64,000 nucleotides of DNA from Haliotis rufescens (Eukaryota): positions 13,578,001 through 13,642,000 of the forward strand of contig NW_025963868.1 of the NCBI RefSeq assembly GCF_023055435.1, given 5' to 3'. Within the stretch, counting starts at the first letter, position 1. Each line of letters begins with the position of its first letter. The translations under genes were made by a program, and so were the position numbers. The notes beneath the pieces are model-generated. The model was given only the letters and a program-made list of their open reading frames with translations, was not told the DNA's origin and ran no database searches. Positions 52,101 to 64,000 of the stretch are shown here, piece by piece.

Positions 52101-55100
52101 GGCCCTGGTGGTGTAGGTCGAGGTCCTGGTGGTGTAGGTCGAGGTCCTGGTGGTGTAGGTCGAGGTCCTGGTGGTATAGGTCGAGGCCCTGGTGGTGTAG
52201 GTTGAGGTCCTGGTAGTGTAGGTTGAGGCCTTGGTCGTGTAGGTTGAGGCCTTGGTGGTGTAGGTTGAGGTCCTGGTGGTGTAGGTTGAGGCCCTGTTGG
52301 TGTTGGTTGAGGTCCTGGTGGTGTAGGTTGAGGCCCTGTTGGTGCAGGTTGAGGTCCTGGTGGTGTAGGTTGAGGTCCTGGTGGTGTAGGTTGAGGTCCT
52401 GGTGGTGTAGGTTGAGGTTCTGGTGGTGTAGGTTAAGGTCCTGGTGGTGTAGGTCGAGGCCCTGGTGGTGTAGGTTGAGTTTCTGGTGGTGTAGGTTGAG
52501 GTCCCGGTGGTGTAGGTTGAGGTTCTGGTGGTGTAGGTTGAGGTTCTGGTGGTGTAGGTTGAGGTCCTGGTGGTGTAGGTTGAGGCCTTGGTGGTGTAGG
52601 TTGAGGTCCTGGTGGTGTAGGTTGAGGTCCTGGTGGTGTAGGTTGAGGCCTTGGTGGTGTAGGTTGATGTCCTGGTGGTGTAGGTTGAGATCCCGGTGGT
52701 GTAGGTTGAGGTTCTGGTGGTGGAGGTTGAGTTTCTGGTGGTGTAGGTTGAGGTTCTGGTGGTGTAGGTTGAGGCCTTGGTGGTGTAGGTTGAGGTCCTG
52801 GTGGTTTAGGTTGAGGTCCTGGTGGTGTAGGTTGAGGTCCTGGTGGTGTCGGTTGAGGTCTTGGTGGTGTGGGTTGAGGTCCTGGTGGGGTAGGTTGAGG
52901 TTCTGGTGGTGTAGGTTGAGGTTCTGGTGGTGTCAGTTGAGGTCCTGATGGTGTGGGTTTAGGTTATGGTGGTGTAGGTTGAGACCCTGGTGGTGTAGAT
53001 TGATGTCCTGGTGGTGTAGGTTGAGGTTCTAGGGGTGTAGGTTGAGGCCCTGGTGGTGTAGGTTGAGGTCCTGGTGGTGTAGGTTGAGGCCTTGATGGTG
53101 TAGGTTGAGGTCCTGGTGGTGTAGGTTGAGGTCCTGGTGGTGTAGGTTGAGGTCCTGGTGGTGTAGGTTGAGGTCCTGGTGGTGTAGGTGAGGTTCTGGT
53201 GGTGTAGGTTGAGGACCTGGTGGGGTAGGTTGAGGTCCTGGTGGTGTAAGTTGAGGTCCTGGTGGTGTAGGTTGAGGTTCTGGTGGTGTAGGTTGATGTC
53301 CTGGTGGTGTAGGTTGATGTCCTGGTGGTGTAGGTTGAGGTTCTGGTGGTGTAGGTTGAGGTCTCGAGGCCCTGATGGAGCAGTTTCTGCCTGTTAGAAT
53401 TGGTCCCCAGCATCTGTCACTGGTTGTATGAGGTGACCACATGTTAACGTCCTGACTCGATCACTTACAGGCTGTCTTCATATAGCTGGAATATTGCTGA
53501 GTGCGGTGTTCTCTTCACACAGCATATTTCACATCAATGTGTTTTATTCATTTTAAAATTATTCAATGATGTTGCCAGATCCAATAGGTCGACCGGATGT
53601 ACGTTCTGCCCCCATAAAGCTACAGCGACCTTCCAGACCAGAGGAGGATATTCTGTACCAGTGGAGACTGAGACGGAAAATGGAGACTGCTCAACAAGGT
53701 CATCCAGGATTAGGGGTCAAGGTCACAGGGTCAAACAAGGTCAGTAAATATTTCACACTTGCTAAAACTGGAGAAAATGCAAATGTTGAGAAGCATTAGG
53801 TTAATAAAATTAAGTAACACCAAGGTTATATTGTTTCAATATATTGAATTAAACAGAATTGTTTTCGAATGGGAATATTGATCAGGTAGATGAAGAAATA
53901 AAAGTTTGTCATGTGTCGGAAAACAAAATCACATAAAAATATGCTCAGTCAACAGTGTACTATAAAGTGTCCAATGTTCTGCTGAGGCAGTGGCCTCGCG
54001 GGATTGTCACAATGTTTTATTGATTGGCGCATGATATATACTCTCAGGGGGACAAGTGAGTGAGTGAGGTAATGCTTTACGTCACATCGGCAATATTTCA
54101 GCCATATCGCGACGAGTCAGGGGGACAAGGGTGCATTTGTGTAGTTGGGTTTGTTTTATATAATAATGGGAGTCATTTACTGTCTCAAAAACAGTTTACA
54201 TCACAGGACAGCTGCTTCTATATGTAAACATTGGGATTTTCGTTGCTTTATGTGACTCAATTTACTATCAGCGCCTTTCATTGGTTTAAAGTCACAAATG
54301 TCCAATCAGAATCAAGTTTACACACATCTGCAAATATGGCAGTCATAGTCCTGATAATGTCTAAAATGTTATTGCTTCAAATGACCGCGGTAACACATGT
54401 CGCATGGCTCACCTGAGAGTGACCGTGGCGACACACTGAGGAAACGGCAGCATTACGGCAGCATAACTCTAGAAGAAATACTACGACATGTCATCTTTGT
54501 ATAATGCATGTGAAATCTAATTCAATAACAAAGCGACATTCTAATTTTATAATGAGTACATTCAAGAGACTAACGGCAGTGATCACAAACAAACTATTGA
54601 GGCTAATAAAGATGTGACATTGGATGTTGTTGCTGCAATATGTTATATCTAAGAAAGATGCCTTGCTAAATTCTGTGTATCATTGATGTTACTTGTGGAC
54701 GGCGATTCTGCATCAATAACCTGCATACCATAGGAGTTTAATTTTTACTATGTTCTCTCAGAGTGTGGCCCCAAACGTTTTGAAAATGACCCCATGTATT
54801 TATGCTGAAGGGGTCCCTGTCCCCACTCATTCAGTTTCTTGGCAATCTCATTAATTCAGATCTTAGTTCTCGCTACCGCTAAACAAAGATCTGAGGACAT
54901 CCCATTACGGGTCACGTAATCTGATCTTTATCAGTGGCATTTTTTCAGGATATCGACAGTAAGCTTGACGCCTTCCGGCGACGTCTGACAGGTGCTGTTG
55001 ATCCAGATCCTATGACAGCCAGGGAGACCATCTCCAGAGAGACCTCCCCCAGACAGACCACCCCCAGTCATACTGCCTCATCCGTCCACTTCACTCCTGC

Positions 55101-58100
55101 GCCTTCAACAGACAAGGTGAGCTGCTTATCACCGGTGGTTTCCGTTTGTTTGATTAAGGACACGTGCATACACATCTCTACATACAGTAAACTACAGTTA
55201 CAATGAGCTCAAAGGGACCCCTAATTTTAGTTTGTTAGATCTGTTTAGTATACACATTTCGACCGTCAGACATCTTTTATCGAGTCATGTGACATCATGT
55301 TACTCGATAAATAACAAAAGTTTGCACTGTACATGTACACAATATATCCACTTCAATCATTGTGATTCTATTGTTAGTTGAGGGTGTAATTTGAGGATAA
55401 GGTGTCAGTGCTTAAGCGTAAATCAATTGCCTTCAATTGTTTATTGAGGCTTAAAAAAGCTGCGCCTGGCCGCGGATGTTTTGATGGCAGATTGGTGACA
55501 CGTGAGGAGTTCAGCTCAGGGATTACCAGTTCGTTATACGCTTAAACATTATCGTTGACATAGTGCCCACAAAACCACAAGGTGATTTCGCTATATCCGT
55601 TATTTCGTTATGAGTGTGTTCGTTATATCCATCTTTATATGATAAAATATATGGCAAATGACTCTGACAAAAAGAACAGTTCGTTACATCCGTCAGTTCG
55701 TTATAAGCGTGTTCGTTATGAACGTAGATTACTGTATGTGCAATAATGTTGAACGTGATGTTACACCCCGCCTCACCTACATTACCATATGGTCGTGTCA
55801 CACAGTGTACAGTGTACATGTTGTTGTTGTTTGAACGAGGAAATGCTTCTCCTCAACAGGTGGATGCACAAGTTCAGACCAGAAAATCCTTAGAAGCAGG
55901 CCCGCCTGAAAAGACATCCGTGCATACGCCTCCAAAACAAAAACCGTCTTCCAGCAAGCCTGAGATTGCAAGCCCAACACTACATCGACACAAACATTCC
56001 GGGATGAAAACAGACCCTCATCTTCATCTCATGTGTGACCTCCTGCCTTGCCCTCATGCACAGAAATATTCCAGAAACCACCCCGAACTTTACAAACAAT
56101 CCAGTGAGTTTTCAGAATCTGAGGAAGTGTCCTCGGATCAAGCCGGTGTTCAATATAAACAGTTCTTACAAGCTGAGAAGCCGCATAGTGAAGAAAAACG
56201 ACTAAGACGCAAACATGATTCAGACAGGACAAGAGATAAAGATGAAGAAGTGGATGAAGATGATGATGTAGGATCTGGTGAGGAGGAGCAGGTGAATATT
56301 CAGGTTTCGGATGGGTTAGATTTATCTGAAAGTGATGGGCCAAGTCCAAGAAGACAGTGTAAAGGGAGACAACTTCGGTCGTGTAATAATGAAAAGGGAG
56401 GTTACTATGCTGTTGAGGGAAGACAATTGGGGAAACATTTGCAGCACAGACAGAGTAAGAACAGAGAGATAGTGGGAAGAGATGAGCATGAGAGAGGTGT
56501 GGAGAGAAGCTCAAGAGAAGGACCATCTCAGAATGTTCAAGGTGTCACAGATTCCAGAGGGAAGGCCGAGACGAAGCGAGTCATGTCTGGTACAGCTGGT
56601 GTCCTTCCCCGACCAGCCCACTCAAGCAGCCCTGCTAGAAAACCACAGTCACTGTCCTCAGCTATTGGTCAGGTAAGGCTTGCTTAGAAAAAGCTATTGT
56701 TGTAGCATCTTTACCTTGTCAGCTGCTGTGGTTACAGAGCGACAATGTTCCACAGTCCATTGTTCATGATGTGAAACTGCAACACTGTCTGTGTAAATAG
56801 CTAATCATTTTGGAGATAAATCTATTGTGTTTTTAATTGGACCCAAACGCTTTTGCAGATTCATGTACATGATCAAGGCGATCGTTAGATTGATGTCTTT
56901 ATGTCAGAATAATCACAGACATTATTATTTAAAGACGGCTGGAATATTGATAAGTGCAGGTTAAACAATGAATAACCTAATCTGTAAAACTGTGTTTGGA
57001 CCAAGAATTTCAAGGACTTGTTTATGTGATGATATATTATATAATTTCTACTATCCGCCTACAGACTGTGTCAGAGCATTTGTTCGAGGGCTCGGCCAGC
57101 TGTGTGCTGTCCAGTGTAGACTCCTGGGCTTCAGCCACTGACCAGTCGCAGACACCGTCCATGTCTGCTGCCCAACGCAGGTCACAAGCTCCGCTACAGT
57201 CTGCTGACCCACAGAGGTCAGAAGTTCCGCCAACATATACCCCGCCTAGTTTGGAAGCTCTGTCCAAACCAACGACACAAGATGAAGGTCAGACAGAGGT
57301 CAAGGTTCCAGTTACAGCCAATCAAGAAGACACAAGTAAGATTCAAAATGTTCAACATCATTTGTGGAATTTTGCACAATCATTTTGATTACATTACAGT
57401 GTCTATTAAGCTGTTTTCACTCGTCACGCCAAAGTTTGTTTGTTTCTTTCTTTCTTTGACGCCACACTCGGCAGTATGCCAGCTATATGATGTCGGTCTG
57501 AAAATAATCTGGGCCAGACAATCCAGTGATTGACATCATTAGCATCAATCTATGCATTTGGGATCAGTCACATGCAACTAACGGGATCGGGTGGTCAGGC
57601 TCGCTGACTTGGTTGATGAATGTCATCCCATCCCAATTGCGTGGATCGAGGTTCATGATATCAATGACTGGATTGTCTGGTCCAGACTCGTTTATTTACA
57701 GATTGCCGTCATATTGCTGGAATATTGCTTATCTACTAATCTGTAACCATGGTAACTACATCAGCCATCATGTCTACATTGCTACAAACACCCGAGTGCC
57801 TCCGTGGTGTGGATCATATTTACAGACCGACTTCATGTAGCTGGAATATTTCAATAGTGCGGTGACAAACAACAAACCAACCAACCAATTCATACAAACT
57901 TTTTACCCTTACACCGCCTGATACAAACGTGAGCGAATCTTGTTTTTTGACTGATGTGGAGTCTATTTATGGTGTTGCATCTCTCCAATCGAGACACTCC
58001 TCCTGTATAAACGGAAGTAGCTCTGGTCAAAATTGAAACTAAGCGATACAATTAACAGCAGAGTTTCATAATCTCATAGCTGTATGGACTATAGGTTCAA

Positions 58101-61100
58101 TACTGTCAAATATTTTCATGGGGAATCCTTTCTATATCCTCCTTTTGGGAAAGAGTGTTCCTACTTTTGTGTTTTTATTGTTTTTAGATGAAGTGTACGA
58201 GTCTGATGGTGACTACCCTGATGACCATATACTGAAGATGCTTCGGCAGCAGAGAGCGGAGTACGAGATCAAACTCAGGTAGCCTCACTTCTAAAATGTG
58301 CATATGAACAAAGTTAAACACTCGGCCACTCGTCTGTAGCTAGTGGAACATTGTTTCTTCCTTCTTGTCAAAGATAAGCGAGAACATGTGGTTTATAAAG
58401 GCTTTATTCAATGGAGCGTGTAGAATGGGATGCTGAGTTCCCTACTTGGTCTCTCTGCCCTAAAACATACATACAGTCAAGTCTCGTTAATCCGACACTC
58501 GATAATCCGACAATCGGCTTTATCCGACACTAATTATGGGAACCGATTAAATCAGTGCTATTTAGACCCGTTAAACCGACAGTCTCGCACTCCAACTCCG
58601 ACACACCTTATATGCAACGAATTACCGAAATCACTCATTAATCAATCTTGTTAATCCGACACAGTGATCAGCGTACTCCGTGGTCATCTCCCCGCGAGTA
58701 CACAGCCCTGTGTTTTGATGCAAGACGAGTCGGCTGGAAGCTGCATATTACAACAGCTGCAGAGATAAACCTGCTTGACAATAAACAATTAATGCTTTAA
58801 ATAAAGAAAACAGGATTATTCACATGCTTAGATGACCTCAATCTTATTAAGATCAGATACAAGTTCTATCACCGAGGACATCCCATTACAGGTCACGTCA
58901 GAACAACCTTTCGCAAACTATGACTACCAATGAAATTACCAACAGGAAGTCGACGTTAGCCACTTAGAAAGGAGCTTTCTTAAGCTTTGGGTACCAGTTT
59001 CAAAGTTGAAACTTCCATTCCAGACTATGCTTTTTAAGGTATTTTGAATCGGTCATACAGTCCGTAACAGTTGTTTTGTGTTAAACTTTAGAGGTTGCAT
59101 GATTAGAAAACATATTCCGCCAACAATGTAACATAACAATATGAATATATATTTTATATTTTTTATTACGTATTTGAATCCTTATCTATCGTGTAGTTGT
59201 CCGATTTTCGATCACGAACGTTGATACTACTAAATTTCCTTTATCCGACATACTCATTAATCCGACATTATCATATGCAACCATCAATGTCGGATTAACG
59301 GGACTTGACTGTAATTGATTAATTTACAATGTCCTTCAAAGCACAAGACCTCACTTCAACATGATCGGCATTTCTGGTGTCCCCCGCCGTGATATTGCTG
59401 GAATATTGCTAAAAGCGGCGTAAAACCAAACTCACCCACTCACTCACTCAACATGATCGGTACGAAGACTTTACAGTACGAGTGATACACTTGGATCATC
59501 CTTATTGGAACAAATCCCTCCAGATAAAACATATTAGACATATGGAGTTAATCATCCACTATTTACAAAGCATAAAAATAATACCTCATCTCTGGAATGT
59601 TCACAGTCGGAAATGGGGCTGTTGGCTAGCCTAGTGGTTAAAGCATTCTGTCATCACACCGAAAACCCCGGGTTCGATTCTCTGCATGGGTACAATGTGT
59701 GAAGCCAATTTATGGTGTCCAACGCCGTGATATGGCTGGAATATTGCTAAAAGCTGTGTAAAACAATACTCACTCCAGTCGGTGATGCAGTCAATAGCAC
59801 TGAAGAAATAAATATTTCTTGTAGAACCACAGTTGTAATATACTACTCAAAAGAAGTTAAGGATCACCCGATTCTTTCATAATGGAAAAGTTAATCTGTC
59901 ATGACATGAGAGATTAACTATAGTAATACGAAAGAATCAGGTGATCCTTAACTTCTTTTGAGTAGTATAGAATATATGGAATATTAGCATAAGAAATACT
60001 ACAAGGAAGGACTACAGTCAAATTTGCTGGGACTACGCGCATGGCCACCCTTTAACCACTTTACCCCTGTGAAGATGCGGGTTAGAATTGGTCTTCAGCA
60101 TCCCATGCTTATCATAAGAGGCGACGAACGGGATCGGGTGATCAGTCTTGCTGACATATTAGGCCTTTAGAGTAAATCATGCACTATTTTCAAAACGTAA
60201 ATATAATACCTCGCCTCTAGGATCTATCCATTCAGTGATGCAGTAAATAGCACTGAACAAATATTTATTTGTTTGTTTGCTGTTGAATGCCACACTCAGC
60301 AATATTCCAGCTATATGACGGAACACAGTTCAGGAAGTTTTCACTACCTTTCAGAAATGAGTAGAGATAAGCAATACGTATAAGGTGAGGTGAGGTGAAA
60401 TTGGGTTTAACGTCGCGTCCAAGATTATTGCACTTATATAGCAACGTGTATGCACGAGTGTGCGTGTGTGGCTGCTTGTACTAGTCCTGACTGATGCTGA
60501 TTTATAGTGCTAGCTCACTGAGATACCATGCCGCAGTTTAACATGAATACCCCACTCAGACACAGTATACTGACTCCAAATCGACGAGTACATGTTTTAG
60601 CCCCTTAATGCCGAGCGCCAGACAGGGTAACAACAAGAACCATCTTTTAATGTCTTTTGGTATGACAAGGCGGGTGATCGAACCCGGACCTTCCGCTCTC
60701 CGGGCGGATGCTCTACCACTAGACCACGGAGGCGGTCCGCAATAAGTATAAGTCAGGATAAGCATATATGATATCTTTACCCTAAGAAAAAGACTATCAA
60801 CCAGAATATAAGTTGTACAGACTATCATAAATAATAGGATAAAAAGATACAGAATTCTGGATTTTGTTCACATAGATTTCAATGTAAGTAAAGCAAGTGA
60901 TAGATATATTTTATTTGTTTCCAGGTTTAGTTAAGTCCATATGTAAATGGCAATTGACTTTTCGTTTTGGTATTGTAAGATGACTTTCTGAACATACCAC
61001 AAGGTGGCAACAAATGGACATGGTGCTCCGAGACTGACTTGGTTATAGCTATGTAGTGAGGAAAGAGAATCGCTATGCTTCGTTTGTTGTTTAATGCCAT

Positions 61101-61939
61101 ATTGGCAGTATTCCTGCTGTCAGTAATCAAGCCTGGTCCAGACATTCAAGTAATCTATGCATTTGGGATACGGCGACAAGCATCAACCAAGTCCCAAAAT
61201 CCTGACCACCGATCCCGTTAGTCACCTTTAATGGCAAGCATGGGTTGCTGAAGACCATTCTAACCCAGATGTTCACCTGGGATGCTGTGAAACAAGTGTA
61301 CAACAAGTAGCTAATCATATTTAAGTATTAGACATTGTGGTGTGATGCAAATAAATTGTCAATTGTAGCTATTGAGATAGAGTGTGTGGCTTCGAATGAT
61401 CCTGTTTACCACTATGGAAACCGACCCGGGAAGATCCGGGGTAGAATAGGTCATCAGCAACCCATGCTTCCCGTAAAAGGTGACTATGCTTGTCATAAGG
61501 GACGACTAACAGGATCGGGTCGTAAGGGTCGCTGACTTGGTTGATGCATGTCATCGATCCCAGTTGCATGGATCGATGCTCATGATATCAATCACTGGAT
61601 TGTCTGGTCCAGACTCGATTATTTACAAACTGCCATCATATAGGTGGAATATTGCTGAGTGCGGCGTTAAACAACAAAGCAACCAACAACTATAGAAACC
61701 TATGATCTTGACCGACCTAGGAATTAAACCCAAGACCAGGGGAGGCTAGCCAACCATGCATCCACACAAAGTTAAACATCAGGTATCACCTTCTGAAGCA
61801 TAAATATATCTCACCACCTGACTCGGAATATCACAGAAATTGAGATCCAAATTCTTTATTAATGCAATATATTGTGTTTTCTTCTCATTTCAGTCAAATA
61901 GATGACCTCCTTCAGCAATCTTCATTTGCCCAGAGGTGA
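40191..61939 (+). CDS. PROSER3: Proline and serine-rich protein 3-like (~806 aa, 13 coding exons)
   Basis: Exons 40191-40231, 41486-41567, 42330-42502, 44314-44463, 47825-48011, 49380-49495, 51424-51545, 53579-53739, 54949-55116, 55860-56672, 57065-57335, 58188-58278, 61894-61939; all GT-AG and phase-compatible (2421 nt). Motifs FDESWPSS, YIDRFR...ER...DFWWL, LQERAARLL, PEEDILYQWRLRRKME and DD.ILKMLRQQRAE recall PROSER3/C19orf55. Confidence 0.85.
42730..42898 (+). mobile_element. SINE family A with target-site duplication
   Basis: CATATTGATTCAG on both flanks. Confidence 0.85.
45250..45420 (+). repeat. Unclassified dispersed repeat
   Basis: CAGATCT.AGTTC.CGCTACCGCTA...GGACATCCCATTACGGGTCAC recurs at ~54855-54918, ~58835-58985 and inverted at ~62560-62665. 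Confidence 0.7.
50258..51411. repeat. Intronic satellite built from GTGTCC(A/C/T) and GTGTCCTGCA monomers
   Basis: ~1.15 kb irregular array of ~7- and 10-bp units; source of several spurious Cys/Pro/Val ORFs. Confidence 0.95.
51950..53372. repeat. Intronic 21-bp minisatellite (GGTGGTGTAGGTTGAGGTCCT)n
   Basis: ~1.4 kb, roughly 65 units, with a strongly G/T-rich plus strand. Confidence 0.96.
58474..59311. mobile_element. Non-autonomous DNA transposon (pogo/Tigger-like MITE)
   Basis: TIRs CAGTCAAGTCTCGTTAATCCGACA / TGTCGGATTAACGGGACTTGACTG flanked by TA; internal ATCCGACA repeats; contains a nested dispersed repeat at ~58835-58985. Confidence 0.85.
59841..59967. mobile_element. 127-bp fold-back MITE (Tc1/mariner-like)
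   Basis: 38-bp TIRs TACTACTCAAAAGAAGTTAAGGATCACC(C/T)GATTCTTTC with one mismatch; TA on both flanks. Confidence 0.85.
60382..60740 (-). mobile_element. SINE family D (tRNA head, central domain resembling molluscan Meta-type SINEs, (CACCT)n tail)
   Basis: Minus strand GGACCGCCTCCGTGGTCTAGTGGTAGAGC...GGTTCGATC...ATACCAAAAGACATTAAAAGATGGT..TTGTTGTTACCCTG. Near full-length copy also at ~43505-43905; fragments ~4420-4520, 14805-14905, 44695-44850, 62700-62830. Family naming is from recall only. Confidence 0.75.
61425..61690 (+). mobile_element. SINE-like family B (~260 bp, (AAAC)n tail)
   Basis: Core CAACCCATGCTT...CACTGGATTGTCTGGTCCAGACTCGATTATTTACA...TGGAATATTGCTGAGTGCGGCGTTAAACAACAAA. Other copies ~5600-5828, 6930-7085, 15980-16205, 17485-17640, 18415-18570, 20015-20272, 21835-21975, 28775-28945, 32537-32790, 34755-35005, 57440-57890, 61080-61280, 63490-63730. 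Confidence 0.82.
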
Positions 61940-64000
61940 AAGAAGAGACGTGTTTTCCATAATCCGTCCAAGTATATATTCCTCATCCCAGATGACAGAG
62001 TAGGCATGGCCAGTCACAGCAGCATGACTGTACACCATCTTGTCAGTATTAGCCTCACACTTGTATGTAGACCTGTGAATAATATGATGTATCTTGCCAT
62101 TGGTATTCCTGTTTTGATATATATACCGGAGAGCAGTCAATCTCATTATGGGTCACGTCAGAATGACCTTTCATCCGACAAATCAACGCTTACCAGATCA
62201 TGAAAGTAACAATCAGAATGTGTTTTCTAATCATGCAACCTGAAAAATGTTAACATGGGGTATTCCGAACTACAGCTACGACCAGAAAGACTGAACGACT
62301 GATTCTGTCAAAATGATCATCTATCACTTGTGTGGGATAATTATTTGAACGGACGAGGCGTTGCACAGTACGTGGGAAGCACTGCCATACAATCGCAACC
62401 ATATAAAGTAGACATTCTGGAATGTTTGTTTCCCTCAGTTTTCAAAATTTTAATCAAGAACTGTGTCAACATATTTTTCAAGCGTAGTCTGAAATGGAAG
62501 TCGCAAGGTTGAAATGAGTGCTGTAAAGCTCGATGTCTTCTTCTTGTTGGTCGTTTCAGTGGTCGGTCAAAGTTGGCGACAGGTCGTTCTGATGTGACCA
62601 TAATGGGATGTCCTCAGATATTTGTTTAGCGGCAGTGAGATCTTAGATCTGATTTTATTGAGATTGGAAAGCAGCAGATTCCTGGCTGCTCAAAAAAGAC
62701 ATTGAAGGATGGTACTTGTTGTTACCCTAAAACAAGGACGGGTCCACTCAATGTCAGTATACAGTGTATACAGTTTGTGAACTGGGTATCCATGTTTATC
62801 CTTGGCAAGGTATCGCTAACACTCCGCATTGGTCCGCACAACTTCACAAAGACGCTATATACACTAACATCGCCAACTGTTGTCCAAATCTTTCATCCCA
62901 TCATACTGACAGTAGCGGGTGACCTCGCCTAGATGAACACGACAATCATAACTAAGGAATATTTGCACCTTCAGTAAGAACTGTAAGCAAAAGTCAGTGA
63001 GAATTTCAGTTTCATACTATAAATATATCTAATGTTACTCCACATAGTTTAAGGGACACGGGTGGCCCAATCGTCTAAGGCACTGCGATTCGCTGTGCAA
63101 AGTTGCGTCCCTTGGGCACGCCAGAAACCTATGATTGTGGGTTCGAATCCCGGTTCGCCCCGATTATGTTTCTATGTTTGTCAGCACCATACCCGTCCTC
63201 ATGTGTTTCAAGTGGTAAACGTCTGAGACCTGCATCACTTCGGGCTTTCCTCACACATTGAGCTTACAGCCGTGATATAACTGGAGTAATGTTAAAAGCG
63301 GGTTTAGACCCAACTCACTCACTCCAGATTGTCTAAACTTACATAAGAAGATAGGTGTGTATGTACCGGACACTGACGAGCAAATGAAACTGGACCAAAA
63401 TCTTTTGGTTTTAGATTTAGGATTCGAACAGGAAACAATGTAACCGAGTGTAGATATGCAACAGGCACTGGTGCAACTGAAATCCCCAGGTAGATCCTCA
63501 GCAACCCATGCTTGCCGTAAAAGGCGACTATGCTTGTCGCAAGAAGCGACTAACGGGATCGGGTGGTCAAGCTCGCTGACTTGGTTGAATCATGTCATCG
63601 ATCCCAAATGCGTGGATCGATGCTCATGATATCAATCACTGGATTGTTTCATCCAGACTCGATTATTTACAGACCGCCATCATATAACTGGAATATTGCT
63701 GAGCGCGGTGTAAAACAACAAATCAACCAACCTTGCTGTGGTTCAGTAAATTCCGGGTAAATGTAACCTAATCACTGAAATTAGAAACGCAGGTGTAGCA
63801 TGATCACAAAATGCCCGTGGGTAACAGCTCACAACATTCGTCAATGCTTAAGGAATCAACAGTAACATGGCACCATAATGGGCACAAGGGAAAGAACTTG
63901 TTGGTATGTTGTTGTAAGTCATGGGTGGAATTGGCTTAGAAGATCTGTGGGCTACTGTCTATGCCCCAAACACTAATCCATATGATGACAGATCACACAT

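Noticed and set aside
51897-53442. WWCRLRS / PQPTPPG / TSTYTTR repeat ORFs
   Set aside because: Translations of a 21-bp minisatellite, with no splice or domain support.

Overview
Eukaryotic, intron- and SINE-rich animal DNA; the SINE families resemble those I recall from abalone (Haliotis, Gastropoda), which is unverified. Left half (1-28 kb) is an immune-like cluster. A tandem duplication with ~10 kb spacing (1-~7945 vs 9927-~18395) carries two minus-strand copies of a 5-exon type-I membrane receptor gene (signal peptide, Ig-like domain, second Cys-containing domain, TM helix, Tyr-motif tail). These lie head-to-head with a plus-strand STAND NTPase (nSTAND3-like) plus long ankyrin-repeat gene, whose candidate 5' end sits next to paired NF-kB-type sites. 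All three immune-like genes carry disabling or truncating lesions. Right half holds two intact, divergently transcribed conserved genes, PFDN2 (3 exons, minus) and a PROSER3-like gene (13 exons, plus). Also present: two decayed Tc1/mariner transposases, a LINE remnant, at least four SINE-like families, several MITEs and several mini/microsatellites. Gene models were built by hand from splice sites and reading-frame phase; repeat boundaries are approximate.
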